A DNA stretch of 64,000 bases from Octopus vulgaris (Eukaryota): positions 57,970,001 to 58,034,000 of the forward strand of contig OX597814.1 of the NCBI GenBank assembly GCA_951406725.2. The letters run 5' to 3'. Below, piece by piece: positions 1 through 14,063 of this stretch (position 1 is its first letter; each line of letters opens with the position of its first letter). Made by a program: the position numbers and the translations under genes. A model generated the notes under the pieces. It worked only from the letters and a program-made list of their open reading frames with translations. It had not been told where the DNA came from and searched no databases.

Positions 1-20
1 TATATTTACATAAAATACAT

Positions 21-52
<32 letters not shown>

Positions 53-75
53 TATATATATATGTGTGTGTGTAA

Positions 76-130
<55 letters not shown>

Positions 131-654
131 AGGACACACGCACAGACATTTGTGTATACATATATATATATATGTATAAGTATCAGTAAATATTCATATG
201 AATATGTAGATGTAAACTACCCAGGTAGAAAAAGTTTTCCATGGGGAGTTTAAAACCAATAATTGCGTATTGTTGTATTTGCTCTTTGTACAACATAATA
301 TATTGCTTTCTTTTTTACCTAACTGTTGGGAATAGCTTCGAGATCATAAGCACACACACCCCTCCTGCACACAAACTCACACTCACACCCAGAAACAGTC
401 AGTTTCATATAGCAATGTGTCTATGTGTGGCTGTTTCTTTTGTCTAATCTAAACATGACTATTTGGCTTCTGTACGTAGAGACTGTGCTTACGTTCCAGT
501 GTATAGGTTTGTTGTACATATAGCATATTTCCATTTAATGTCATGTATTTTTCTCACTTAGTTGACTGGGCAGGGTTTTTACAAAGGCTTCTTTAGTTAT
601 GTATTACTAAGAGAAATGAATCTCGTTTTCGGTTATTATAATAAACATAATATA

Positions 655-872
655 GGCAGCGCGTTGGTTGAATCGTAGGCACGCCAGACATAATGCTTAG
701 CGGCATTTCGTTTGTTTTTATATTCTGAGTTCAAATTCCGTCGGGGCCGACTTTGTCTTTTATCCTTTCGGGGTCGATAAAATAAGTACCAGTCAAGAAC
801 TAGAATCCATAAAATCGGTTACCCCTCCTATCACAAACTGCTGGCCCTGTGCCGAAATATGAAAATCATTAT
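655..872 (+). mobile_element. SINE family A (tRNA-like head plus conserved central domain)
   Basis: B-box-like 'gagttcaaattcc' followed by 'tatcctttcggggtcgataaaataagtaccagt'; more than 10 related copies in the window. Confidence 0.85.
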
Positions 873-884
873 AAATACAATTAT

Positions 885-1030
885 GTGGAGGCAGGTGTCT
901 TAGTGGTTATAGGTTTTGCATTCAGGATAATAAGATTGTGGTTTTGATTCCTGGACCGAGCGATGCGTGATGTTCTTGAGCACATCACTTCATTTACCGA
1001 TGCTCCAGTTCATTCAGCTGGCAAAAGATA
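885..1030 (+). mobile_element. SINE family C, 5' part (tRNA-derived)
   Basis: A-box-like 'gtcttagtggtta', B-box-like 'gttttgattcc', then 'gttcttgagcacatcacttcattt'; related to 19485 and 59645. Confidence 0.6.
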
Positions 1031-1049
1031 ATAATCCTGTATAAGACAG

Positions 1050-1252
1050 GGAGCTGACAGAGTCACTGGTCTCGCCGGGCAACGCTTAGCAGCATTTTGT
1101 CAGTCTTTACGTTCTGGGTTCAAATTCCACCAAGGTCGACTTTGCTTTCCATCCTTTTTGTGTCGATGAAATAAGTACCAATCAAATTTAATGTAGTTAA
1201 CCCTCTTCTGCAAATTTTCGAGCCTTGTGCGTATAATAGAAATAATTTTTAT
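1050..1252 (+). mobile_element. SINE family A
   Basis: 'gggttcaaattccaccaaggtcgactttgctttccatcc...ataagtacca'. Confidence 0.85.
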
Positions 1253-1529
1253 AACTACATTTGGATTTAATAGGGAGAAATCTTGAAATGAACACTTAGT
1301 GCTATCCACAAGATGAAATAAAAACAATATAAAACCGTCTCTTTTCAAAAAATTCTTAGTTATAGAAAATTCTTTACTCATTCTGATTGAAATATGTTTT
1401 AGCCAGTCTAATACAAACATTTTTCTAAATATACACCGGAGATATAATGCGAACGGTATGTAAACATATATTCATGCATATATCATATGAAATTATCCAA
1501 AGGTATATTATGATACTCATTTAAAATGT

Positions 1530-1712
1530 TTGCCCAAGGCCAGTAATTTCCGGGGAAGGGATAAAGCAACTGGTACTTATTTCATTGACCCCGAAAGAAT
1601 GAAATGCGAAGTCACCGTTGATAGAATTTGAACTCAGAACGGAAAGAGGAGCGTAATGCCGCTAAGAATTTTGTCCGGTGTGCAAACGATTTTGTCGGTT
1701 CACCGCCTTAGT
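1530..1712 (-). mobile_element. SINE family A
   Basis: reverse complement of the family A core ('actggtacttatttcattgaccccgaaagaatgaaa...aatttgaactcag'). Confidence 0.85.
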
Positions 1713-3421
1713 ATATTATGATATTAAAATTCTGTCCGATAAGAATTTTCATAGCAATCGTACATCAAAGAATAGAAATAGCGAAGGTGTACATGGTTTC
1801 ATTATACTCAAGATGCAGTAACTAAATCTGCTTGAAACTTACTCTCTCAAGATTTGCCTTACAAAAATATGCAATATTGTGGAAAATAAAGATGGTCCGG
1901 TCAGCACTTGTTTGATCATTAATGGAATGTATAAAGCAGCAAAAACAACGACAACAGTAACAGCAACAACTGCGACAAAATAGCAACAGCAACGATGACG
2001 ACAAGATCCACAGTTTAGGAGATCTGCACTTCAGATCTACTAAAAAGGTGAAGCCACCTGAATAATTAGGACATGTTCATCCATGTCCTAATACATTAAT
2101 ACATTAAAACTAGTAAATCACATCTATGATCCGTCCTATCAGCTATTATTACAGTAAGTTTATTTTAAAAGTTTTAAATGAAGAGATAAATAACTTTATA
2201 ACACGCTTCTTGTCATTACTGGTTAGCAGTAAACACTATACTAAGCAGTTCGCCAAACGTTTTCTCCGTTTCCCCCTCTAAAATACAAAACTCTTGTTAA
2301 CTGTCCCTGGTTACTCTACATGAATAGACATCAAGAAATATAATATCACGTTAAATATCGAAAGCATGGATAATATTAGATAATGATGGCTACAAAGATT
2401 ATGCTGGATGTATATCTTCGGAATTTATAACTTATCTAGGCACTAGCTCTACAATCATATTTAAGTATCAGAAAATAATTTTTCGATCAACTACATATTA
2501 AGTGTTGTAAGTAGAAGCATTCCTAGATGAAACAAATCCCAAATTAGACTGGCGATAAAGTTGATGTAGTGAAACAAATTTTGTTAAAAAGAATAAAGAA
2601 GAAAAAAGACGTTATATGAATTTACCCTGGGTGACAGAATTGTAACTATTAACTGGAACTCCTAATAAAATGTCCAATAGCTCTGCAAGGAAGAGGTTTT
2701 ACTTAAGCCACCCTATTAGTCAAACCAGAAAATAGTATTTGAAAGAAACATAAAACGAATATAATAAAAAAAAAACGAAAAGCAATATTACCAAGTCATT
2801 GTAAAGCAGTGTAAAAGAAAGGGGAAATGTCGATGGTTCATACAATTTATCTTTTGTCGAGTAAGACAGATGGTTAGAGATAAGAGAAGAAATTAGTTGG
2901 TGCAGAGAACTGTATATGTATGTCACAGAGACCGCACAGTATATATAAATGGAATAGAATAGGGTGAGGGTGAATTTTTCTGGCCGGGGAGAGTCTGTTG
3001 AACGATTGGTTGAAAATAGTGATGCAAAGTACACATTAGGTGCGTGAATACGTGTGTGTATGTGTGTGTGAGTATACGGGAGAGTAGAGATGATGGAAGT
3101 TAATTGGGATTCAGATAATATTTATATAATAGAACATATATATGAAGCCTCGGGTAAATCGGAGTGCATGTAGAGACAATTATGTGTTATTTACATGCAT
3201 GTGTGGCTATTGGAAAATGAATGCTTGAAAGTGCGTGCGTGAATGCTTATCCGTGTGCGTAAGGGTGTGTGTGTGTGTGTGTGTGTTCGGAGGATAATGG
3301 AAAAGTAAATGTGTATTGATGTGGTTTTTTACTAAGTGAAAATTAACTGTTATTTCTGGAAGATTTGCAAAGGAGTGCCATGGTTTTGTTGAATCCACAG
3401 AAGCAAAAAGGAAAGTGGGCG

Positions 3422-3667
3422 TGACGTGGATAACCGAAGTAACAGGAAACAGTTTGAAGTGAACGTTGCTATTTCGTTAGACATTCAACAAAAGCTTTAT
3501 AAATCGATCAAAGTAACCGCGGAAATGAGTCTCCTATACATAGAAAAGCATTTTAAATGAAACATGTTGTTTAACCGATAAATGCCGATACTGAGAAATT
3601 TTAGATGGCCAACGAAATAGCAACACACCAGTAAAACACTCACCACTAACTTCATATATCCACGTTA
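3422..3667. repeat. Degenerate inverted repeat, MITE-like remnant
   Basis: 'gacgtggataaccgaagt'/'acttcatatatccacgtt' and 'gttgctatttcgtt'/'aacgaaatagcaac' pair as nested inverted arms. Confidence 0.55.
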
Positions 3668-4979
3668 TTCATACCTTCGTCTTTTGTGCGTGTGTATGCG
3701 TATGTTGTATGAGTATGCGCGTGTGCCCGCGTGTGTAGTCTTCTTCAACACCATGACTATTTTTGTTATTCCTTCCAGGAAAAACAGTTAATCTTCTAAT
3801 TAGGGAGTACCTTTTCATCGAAGTATTAATAATCGGTTAGATTTGCTATAAAATCTCAGCATGCACGCTAGTGAACGTCCACCTGTGAAACTGCACACCA
3901 TCCAGCCACACACATAATGCTTTACTATGACTCCCAATACGCAATTTCAATTATTCACTCATACACATCTGTTCCCGCATACATTCTGTTACGTCAGTGT
4001 CACATCTCCTCCAACAAGCTAATATGCCAATACTACCTAGACCACTACTACCACTAATTTTCTGCGCCTTCTATCTCACACGTTTGCTTGTACATTAATT
4101 GTTTTAGCTCATGATCAAATTTAACACACCGCTGAACAAATTCTCTCTTCTGAAAGAAACAACTTGCTATTACCCAATCCCATTCTGTCATTAATTACCA
4201 AAGAAATACTGTTAAATCCAGGCACATTTTTCTCCATGAACTAATTATTTTTATTTCATCTATGCCTATCTAATTTGATAAAGGAAAATTATCCAAAACG
4301 TTGATATGATATGTCTTACTTTTTCCACTGTGTAATGCATTGACTTGTTATTTATTCTATTTTCCTGTTTCGTAGTTAACATTCTCAACAGAATGGCAAG
4401 TAGATATTTGTTATCGAATAATCAACAGTCTGCACTGGTATTAGAATCATGTGTTATTGTGTTGTTTGTTGTTTTCTCTTCTTCGTCTCTGATTGTTCTG
4501 TTTGCCGAGTGTCTTGTAATAAAGGTGCTTTATATTTGTATGTATATATTCCTGATATATCGGATTACTGTTGACATTTGTCTAATAATGATTTTTCCTT
4601 CTTATATTTGCTAATGTATATTCTTTGGTGTATAAATAGTAGGTTATTTTAACTTAACAACTGGAAAGCACAAAATGAGCTGAAAATTAATAATACATGA
4701 CAATGTAGATGTCATGACGAATAGCAATCTAATACCGGCTAATGAGATGGGACTTACATGGTCAACATAGCTGCTAGAAATAACAAATAAATACCGCTCT
4801 GATCACGCAGGAATGTCTTAGATAAAGAAACGATACTGTAGAATATAAGTTTTTGAAATACTATAAAAGAAAAGAAACAAATATTATAATTCCGACATAG
4901 GAAGATATTTGATCATATGTTTGCTTGGTCAGGAATTAAGGGAGATATAATTCGCAACTAATACACAAGGAAATATTAT

Positions 4980-5175
4980 TTTCTAATTTTGACAGTAATT
5001 TGGAGGGAAAGGGAAAGTCGAATACATCGATCCCACTAGTACTTATTTTTTCGATTCCGAAAGGAGTTAAGGCAAAGTCGACCTTTGGAACATTTGAGCT
5101 CGGAATATAAAGACGGAAGAAATGCCGCTTAACACTGCTCGACGCGGTAACAATCCCACAAGCTCGCCCTCTTAA
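4980..5175 (-). mobile_element. SINE family A
   Basis: 'gtacttattttttcgattccgaaaggagttaaggcaaagtcgacc...atttgagctc'. Confidence 0.8.
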
Positions 5176-5475
5176 TACAGAAGGTAAAAATACTCTCTCA
5201 CCCTGTCACTCATTCATTCATCCACTCACCAATTCATTAATTCATTCATTAATTCAATTAATCAGTCAGTCGTCACTCGGTCACGTCCTCACTCACTCAC
5301 TCACTCACTCAGTTACATACTCACTCAACCACTACTCACCCACTTACAGTTATAGCATCAGAACTTCTAAAAACATTGATGTGGGGCCAGATTGGTAGAT
5401 TTATTCACTTCTTTCAGCTCACAAGCACTTAATCGCTCTTTGACTTTGCATGCATGTATATATGCGCATATATAC

Positions 5476-5491
5476 ATATGTATGTATGTAC

Positions 5492-5522
<31 letters not shown>

Positions 5523-5604
5523 TGTATGTATGTATGTATGTATGTATGTATGTGTGTATGTATGTATGTATGTATGTATGTATGTATGTATGTATGTATG
5601 TATG
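5476..5604. repeat. (TATG)n microsatellite
   Basis: direct reading; source of the MYVC-repeat ORFs. Confidence 0.95.
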
Positions 5605-6300
5605 TCGTTATTCAGTTTATTTCAAGATTTCTTGCCAATAAAGAGCCGGTTTCTAACCTAGATCGAAGGCTTTTTCATTGGAATCTCAACATCAACAGAG
5701 TATTTTCGCACGTACATACCTGTGTATGTATTTATGTATGTATGTATTATGCATATAGTTGCATATCTAGACATGCAACTATATATTTAAATGATAAAAC
5801 ATTTAAACATATATTTAAATGATAAACTTTTGGAACGTTTTACAGATTTTACAGTTCCAGTGATGGATTGGATCTATAGTCTTCGAAATAGCTTTCTCCT
5901 TTCTGGTTTTGAGAAGCCTAATTTCCCAACATTGGTATTTAAGCAATGTATTACATATCCCAGAGCCCCAATCATTACATGTATAAATCTGAACTTATAA
6001 TCTGGATAGAGTAACTGCAGATTTCTCAATAGTCCAGCATAGGTGTTCTCTTTTTCACTGATCTTCAGCTTCGTGTTAACATCTGCTGGGCAACTAATTT
6101 CCACAAATGTGCACAGTTTATCTTCCCTGTCCCAAATCATTATATCAGGTCTGTTGTGCTTACATTTTATTGAGGTCTTCACTGGGACATTCCACCAGTA
6201 TCTCTTTTTATTATGAGTGGCTATGTCTTCTGCTATACTGTGGTTTCTTATTTCATTGTCCTCGGGATTATCTTTCCGACATATTTCATTATAAAGTGTC
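5605..6300 (-). mobile_element. 5'-truncated RLE-type non-LTR retrotransposon (R4/Dong-like), C-terminal endonuclease plus probable 3' UTR
   Basis: ORF 5874-6182: HNRPDIMIWD...FVEISCP...EKENTY..L...IGALG is the PD-(D/E)xK restriction-like endonuclease motif; the putative 3' UTR (5605-5710) abuts the (TATG)n tract. Confidence 0.8.
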
Positions 6301-6329
6301 CTAACTACAATGGTTAGAGATAAGAGAAC

Positions 6330-6388
6330 TACGCATTGTGACCAGCGATGAGTAGCAACATCTGATGGTCTGGTCGGTCACATGATAT
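6330..6388 (+). mobile_element. 3' fragment of SINE family D
   Basis: 'attgtgaccagcgatgagtagcaacatctgatggtctggtcggtcac' matches 62091-62138. Confidence 0.75.
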
Positions 6389-6485
6389 ATTTTCAGCGGT
6401 GGTACCCCAGCATGTCGGCTAAAATATTTTTAAGAATTTAAGGATATATATACACACATACATATATATACATATATATATGTAC

Positions 6486-6546
<61 letters not shown>

Positions 6547-6655
6547 CATATATACATATATATATGTACATATATATATATATACATATATACATATATA
6601 TATACATATATACATATATACATATATATATAAATATATATATATATACATATAC

Positions 6656-6719
<64 letters not shown>

Positions 6720-6868
6720 CGTGTGTGTGGATGATTGTTTATGCATGTTTGTGTAACTCCACATGCACACACACTCAGAGCCACACTGAGACACACACAG
6801 ACATACAGACACGCACACATATAGTGTATATTCTCGCTTACAAACACATTATTAACAATAACACACTC

Positions 6869-6907
<39 letters not shown>

Positions 6908-7539
6908 GGTGTTCATCAATATAATGATTTTCTTGACAATGGTTTTCTGCCATTAGCCGGTGGTTATTTACATTATTTTCGTATTTGGTAAGCTACCTTT
7001 CCTAATACAATAGCAAATAGAGTTTTGTCATTGAGCCATCAACAGTCTTCACTGGTATCAGAATGGTCTGCTCTTGTGTTCTGTTCTTTTGTAACGTGTG
7101 TAATATAAGTTCAAGCATTGCTAAAATCAATAAAATAACAAGTAACGTCACATACCGGATACAATATCTAAATATGACACATAAACACACACATGTATAT
7201 CTATCTATCTATCTATCTATCTATTTATCTATCTATATATATATATATATATATATATATCCATCCATCGATTCATCCATACATCCATAAATCCATCTGT
7301 CCGTCCGCCCGCCCGTCCGTTGGTCTGTCTGTCTATTTATCTCTATTATAAAGAAGAATATATATACTCATATATAAAGAAGATGGATCCTTGTCGGCTC
7401 CACTTATGACTGTTCATTTGTTTGCTTAAATGAAATATCTGACGTTTCAAGGAACATGTAAGTGTCTCGTATATTCTCGTTAAATCTTCACTTCTTTGAC
7501 ATTATCCGCCAGGAGAATCTGAGTTACAGTGTTTAAGGT

Positions 7540-7810
7540 GATCGTACGTGTGATAAGTACGGAAAGGGTAGAACTAGAATCTACAACAGCATTCTACACT
7601 ACAGGGCTAGCAAATCATGACCAGGAGGAGCTAAGCTATGCTGGGCTCGTGATATGAGTCTTCTGGCTGGTGCGGATGACTGGGAGTGCTCACCAGATTT
7701 TCCAGGATGAATCAACAGCCAGAAGTCGTCAGGAAGAATGGCTTGAGGCCGGATAGCATACACAATTCCAGTTCATCAAAGCAACTGATTCTGATTGAAC
7801 ACACCAAGCG
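7540..7810 (+). pseudogene. HERO/NeSL-like non-LTR retrotransposon C-terminal fragment (RLE domain)
   Basis: hand translation GRTRIYNSIL...LLAGADDWECSPDFP...GLRPDSIHNSSSSKQLILIEHT resembles the HERO motif GRYTWRHNSVL...DW..D...LRPDIVL.S...KQ.ILIELT. Confidence 0.6.
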
Positions 7811-7864
7811 GACTCACTATGGCTGACATGCATCCTTAAGGAGGTGAACTATCAAAACTGTCTC

Positions 7865-8055
7865 TGCGCCGGAAAAAAGTGCTTAGCGGCATTTCTTCCA
7901 ACTTTATTTTCTCAGTTCAAATGCCTCCAGGGAAAACTTAGCCCTTTATCGTTTCGGGGTGGGTGAAATAAGTACCAGTTTAGTACTGTGATCGATATAA
8001 TCAACTAACCCTATACTCTAAATTACTGGACTTGTGCAAAAATTTGAAACCAGTA
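7865..8055 (+). mobile_element. SINE family A
   Basis: 'tgcttagcggcatttc...cagttcaaatgcc...tttcggggtgggtgaaataagtaccagt'. Confidence 0.8.
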
Positions 8056-8167
8056 TGACGGGTCTCCTTATAAACATTCATAAAATAGTAAACTTACACA
8101 TGTACGAGGGCACGCACACAGATAAACATATTATAAAAATTGCATATATCTGCTACCCTGTGTATTC

Positions 8168-8169
<2 letters not shown>

Positions 8170-8212
<43 letters not shown>

Positions 8213-8705
8213 ATATATTATATATATTATAATGCATATATATATATATCATAAATATAAATATATATATATATATATATATTTTTACATATTGCTTATA
8301 TATATTATATATCATATTATATATATTATATATATTGCTTATATATGTTACACATCATATATATTATATATATTGCTTATATATGTTATATATCATATAT
8401 ATTATATATATTGTTTATATATGTTATATATCATATTATATATATTATATATATATATTGCATATATATATATATTATATTTATATTGTATATATATAGA
8501 TACATGTTATATGTAAAAAATATATACATATATATATATATATATATTATATGTATATAATATATACATATATATAGATGTATAATATATACATATACAT
8601 ATATATATATTATATGTATTGCATATATACATATATTATATGTATATTATATATACATAAATATATATGATATATATATAATTACACATAGATATATATA
8701 CATAG
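8170..8705. repeat. AT-rich low-complexity / degenerate (TA)n tract
   Basis: direct reading. Confidence 0.9.
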
Positions 8706-9423
8706 AATCACTCAATCTTATATAAATTAAAGTGAGATTAAAAATTCACAACAGCTGTGTCGCAGCATTATATTGATGCCTTCCCATTGTGGCAATCTTC
8801 TGCCATGTGCTGGTAAATTCCAACATAAAAAGTTAAGGCAGAAAAAGTGGTGACAAGTTCCTCAAGAATCGTGGTGTAACAAGTGTTTCCTTGAAAATGA
8901 TATGTTGTTGTTTTGATGAAATCTATGACTGTCTCTTTAAATCGCTGCCGAATCAGTTGTGCATTTTGAACACCGTTTGCCTTCTGTAACATTTGGAATA
9001 TCTTGAAGCACATGCTATAAATAATGGTATGTAAATATTGGGCTGAAAAGCTCATGTTGATAGAAAATGACGAACGATGTACGTGGGACTCGAACCTGCA
9101 TCTCATATTGATGTGACAGTAGCTTTGCAATTACTCCAAAGCAATTCTTCGAGTTCCTTGTTCTATTTTATAGATTTCAATCTTACCAGTGATAGTCGTA
9201 TGTTGTTGACCTCGTAAGAATTTTATAAACTTTCGACAGAAGGTAAACAAATTATTTTTGGTTATATCTCGAAGCACACATATGAAGTTATAAATAATAA
9301 CATGCAAATATACATGTATGTATGTATTTTTTAACGATTTTTAAATATATGGAGATACCTACATATCTAAGTACATGCATGCAATATACAATTACGTATA
9401 AATATGCGTATGTATACACACAG

Positions 9424-9479
<56 letters not shown>

Positions 9480-10376
9480 TATGTATATATATATATATAT
9501 ATATATATACATAGACACACAACACACACACACACATATATATATATATGCATATGAAGAGATAGATAGATAGAGAAAAGATATACGTATATAAATATGC
9601 AGGATCTCTTTTCGATTTTTATTGTCATATATTTTTGTAATATTGATTTCCTAGAATATAATTTTACATAGTTCCTTCACTTCATGGACAAATTTGGATT
9701 GTGCAGCATATTCAAATACATACCGAAGCATTTATCCAGCATGCTGTGCCATCTAGCTGACATTTGACAATAACATACGAGAAGATTTTACGTCACAAGC
9801 TATTGTATTTGCTAGCCAGTTTAAATTACTTGAAATCGATAATACATCTCTCTGTAGGCAATTTTACTTTTAAAATCTTCGTTCTTTAACTGATTACGGT
9901 AGAAATATAATGCACTATCACTAAAGGTCACGTGTTAGATGGTTATATGTGCCTGAGAGTGCTGAAATGCTACTTCGATCTAGTTGATGACGAACAATCA
10001 GATTGTGGAGTTTAAGTCCCTTGGGTGATAAGACTAATTGAATTTTTTAATTAGTCCAAGATTCAGTTAGATTGTCGTCATAACTCTACTGTGGATCCGT
10101 GTGATTCCACGGTTTCCTTCGGCCCAGTTCATGTAAAATTGCTTATTCACGCTTTCTCCGCTGTGTTATATATTTTATATATAACCGCCTAGAGAGGTTT
10201 AGTGAAATAAAGTCTGTAAAGCATAGTCCTTATTCTTACCATGTCATTTTCTGAAACGCTAAGTAACTGAATCAATAAAAAGCAAAACAATAAATATATA
10301 ATAAAAGCATCAAGAAAACTAGCTATATTCTACATCAGCAAATACTAAAAAAATAAGCTGTAGAAGAAACGTGATA

Positions 10377-10555
10377 CCTCAATTCTCCTCCAGCACCTGA
10401 GCTAGTTACTCATATATCCAAGATATATGAACAATTCACTGGTGAAGCAATGGGATCGATAACGAGACCTATCTACACCAGCACATTTTTCGGTTATGTC
10501 AAGTCCTAAATCCTCTCAGTCTGTAGACCCCACTGCAGAACTATACGGCCGGTAG
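10377..10555 (+). pseudogene. Penelope-like RT fragment, second copy of 11948-12126
   Basis: GEAMGSITRPIYTSTFFG...ELYGR; near-identical to 11948-12126. Confidence 0.75.
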
Positions 10556-10934
10556 AAGAACAGTCTAACACTCTAGACAGGACCCGTCTTCTGATCGAGA
10601 TAAAATATTTAATTGATGCAAGCTAAAATGTTTGGTTTCTTTGTATTCGAAATTAGAACTCCAGTTAAAATAATTACCATTCACGTACTTGGTTCGATAA
10701 ATTATCTCGTAATAAAAAATTAAAATCAAATCAATGACTGAAGATAAAATCATTGATTGCCGACCATACATAAAAATGTCTTATACCGTCATCGTATGCT
10801 ACTGTCGTTTCCCATTTTCACGGGTATGTATATAGTGACTGGTGAATATATTTTGTAATCGTATTTTGTCAGAAGCTCACACGTCGAGTGTCTCCGAAAT
10901 GCTACATTTGTGAGATAGCAATGAATATTCATTA

Positions 10935-11167
10935 TCTTTTATCATTTAATTGTTTCATTTATTGGACTACGGCAATACTGGAGCACAGCCCTGAAGAACT
11001 GTAGTCGAACGGATCGATCCCATTGCTTAGTGTTTGTTTTTTAAAGCCTCGTCCTTATTCTATCGCTTCTTTTGCCGAACCGCTGTCATTGTAATATGGA
11101 CATACCAACACTGGTTTTCACCGATGAGAGATAAACACCGATATAAACACACAGACACACAGACACA

Positions 11168-11238
<71 letters not shown>

Positions 11239-11275
11239 GCACGCACGCAGGCTCGCACGCACGCGCGTATATATA
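10935..11275 (-). mobile_element. SINE family B, 3' half (internal microsatellite)
   Basis: 'cttattctatcgcttcttttgccgaaccgct' and the tail match the reverse complement of 41460-41888. Confidence 0.8.
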
Positions 11276-11289
11276 AAAGATTGTATTAT

Positions 11290-11640
11290 TCATCTCCAGA
11301 GAATTCTTGAAGTGCTGGGTAGTATATCTCCTGACCATCCTTGACCTATCGGAAATACGATGAACATCTTTCTAGCTATGATCAATTTGACATCTGCAAC
11401 TGCATTATTCATTGTGTCATATCTCATATCTGATGGTACATTTTAATATAAAAGGATTTTTATGTCATTTCTAGCAATGCGCATGATAGGGCCAGGAAAT
11501 CTTCGCTGGTTTGATTTGCAATATTATTTCCTTTTCTGGAGTTTATGAGATGAAAAACTGGACATAAGATACGTGCTTTATTCCAGCGAATATAAAGGAT
11601 TGTTTTGCATCTGTCAATTCAACGCTGCCGGAATCATGTT
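11290..11640 (-). pseudogene. Very degenerate CR1/L2-like LINE C-terminal fragment
   Basis: minus strand reads roughly HVSYVQFF...KEIILQ..NQRRF, resembling HLEYCVQFWSP..KDI..LE..QRRF. Confidence 0.35.
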
Positions 11641-11649
11641 AGACAGTCC

Positions 11650-13070
11650 ATCATTATCCGTACGTTTGCCATGTACTCCTCCCCAAGACCCACAAACTCG
11701 GCTGTCCTATTGTCATTCATGTAAGTCCCCTCGGCACCATATTTGCAACCTTAGTTACTGTTCTTTCCTCCCACATCAACGACACCATACAGGATTTCCA
11801 TCATGTTCAACCTCTCCTCTTTCCCTCCTAGACCCCCAGATCTCATTTTCACTATAGACATCAACTTACTTTATATACTGTTACCCGCACAACAAAGATA
11901 TTCAGGATTTTAAACCCATCTTTCACCTATACATCTCTATTCTACTGCCTCAATTCTCCTCTAGCATCTGAGCTTGTTACCCATATATCCAAGATATATG
12001 GAAAAATCACTGGTGAAGCAATGGGATCAATAATGAGACCTATCTACACCAGCACATTTTTCGGTTAAATCCGGTCCTAAATCCTCTCTCAGCTTGTAGG
12101 CCCAATGCAGAACTGTACGGCCGGTATTGTAACGACTGACTAGACATCACCTCTCTCTCTCTCTCTCTTACGTGAGGAACTAAATGCATTCATATCCTGC
12201 GTTAGCTGTTCTTAACCTCTCTTTCCACATTACCTTCAAAATTTCCGATACAGCCATATATTCCCTCGACATCAGCGCCTTCATCTAAAAACATATCCAC
12301 TCACTTTCTACCTCCGACTTTTAAAAACTAACAATTCTCATTCCTACTCGAATTTTTATCCTCGCATCCAGCCCTCACCAAAGCTCCATCCACTGTTCTC
12401 AGTTTCTCCGTCATCGATGACTCTACAACAGTAAACACGTTTTTCTTAACACATGGCGCGCCTTTTCATTTGACGTCGATACTCACTATCACTTAACCAT
12501 TGCGCTCTGTCATGCACCCGTACCTTTGAGCGCACCTCAACCCTAATATCCGACTGCATCCCGTTTTCTCTTACCTATCATACTACTACCCTCACTCTCA
12601 AACGCACCATCCTCTGCCTTTTCTGCTACATCCAATCTAACCGTATCACATTCAGAGTCTCTGTTCCTTTCACCTTGCTTGCAAACTTTGTAGCCTTCTC
12701 GTCCATATCTCTTCCTGTTCCATATTCCATCCCATTTCAGGATCCCTCACCTGATTCAGTTATCCCTGTTTCACCTGCCCGTTACTTTCTAAAACCACTC
12801 TTATCAGACCTGACTACAGTAGGGACACTTTTCTTGCACCTCGTGTAACCTGATAATTGCAATCCAACGTTCTATCTGTAAGTTTCTCTACATCGAGCAA
12901 ACCGGGCGCCAAATGGCAGCTATGTTTGTGGAACATTTGCTACATACTCTGCTTGGCTGCAGGTCATCTAGATCTCCCACCACCACATTTCCAAACGGAG
13001 CAGGGGCTTATTTTCTCTCCTGAGACCCATATGCTTTTCGACCATAATACTCCTCATCAGTTCTTCTAAC
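11650..13070 (+). mobile_element. Degenerate Penelope-like element (RT plus GIY-YIG endonuclease)
   Basis: GEAMGSIMRPIY and ELYGRYCND (YGRYIDD-like) near 12010-12135; GHFSCTSCNLI...LYIEQTGRQMAAMFVEHL...TEQGLIFS near 12820-13020; many stops and frameshifts. Confidence 0.8.
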
Positions 13071-13359
13071 GTCTTTTTCCCCACACCAGACCCTCAATAC
13101 CACTTTCCATTTGTCTTTATCCCGCCTCCACTACACTTCTTCCATGAACCCTAGTGACACCTACGTCCACCTTTTCTAACCACATTTCAACCTACGCTCA
13201 CCCATAAACACTCGTTATACCTACACCATCCCCACATAAACAGCCTCTGCTATCTGACGCCTTCACATCGCTCTATTACACATACACACTTCATTCCTCC
13301 TTGATACACTGACCTACAACTGCACGTCGATACACAGATATACCCAAAACACTATGTGT

Positions 13360-13486
13360 CAACCAGGCAACTAACCAAGCAACTAACCAACCAACCAACC
13401 AACCAGCCCACTGACCAACCAGCCCACTGACCAACCAACCAACAAACCAACCAACCAGCCAGCCAACCAACCAACCAACCAACCAC
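13360..13486. repeat. (AACC)n microsatellite
   Basis: direct reading. Confidence 0.9.
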
Positions 13487-14015
13487 TGTTGCACTATCTT
13501 GCGCTAATAACTTCCATACTGGTACACCTCTACACTTATTCACATACACAACAACTGACTACATTTGAAACCTTCTCCTTCTGTTCATCTCAATACATGA
13601 ATACACATTCCAGCTCCCTCCGCCTTTCTAAACATTCCGGTAGAATCGCATTCTCACCTGACCCAATAAATCTCCCGCTGGGTCTTTTCTACAATCAACT
13701 TTTGTCTTTCAGTTTCGTTATAATTTTCTTCTGTGTCTTACATTTGACGCAAGAGTAGAGACCAAAACGTCAAGACATTTCCCTTCTTTTTTAAGTAGGA
13801 AGCAAATGTGATAGTTGTTAAAACTTGCTTATTATGTCTTATCGGTTCTCGTTTGTTTGTCCATTGCTTGTATCACACACACACACATACACATGCACAC
13901 ACACTCTCTCTCTCTCACTTTCTCTCTATCTTCCTCTCTCTCTTTCTTTCTTTCTCTCTCTCTCTCTAACCTTGTATATTCCCTAGTCTGCATCATCTCT
14001 CTCTCCCTCTCTCTG

Positions 14016-14063
<48 letters not shown>

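Noticed and set aside
9080-9100. tRNA B-box-like 'ggttcgagtccc' on minus, and the SINE heads, as tRNA genes
   Set aside because: No cloverleaf could be folded; the SINE heads are tRNA-derived, not tRNA genes
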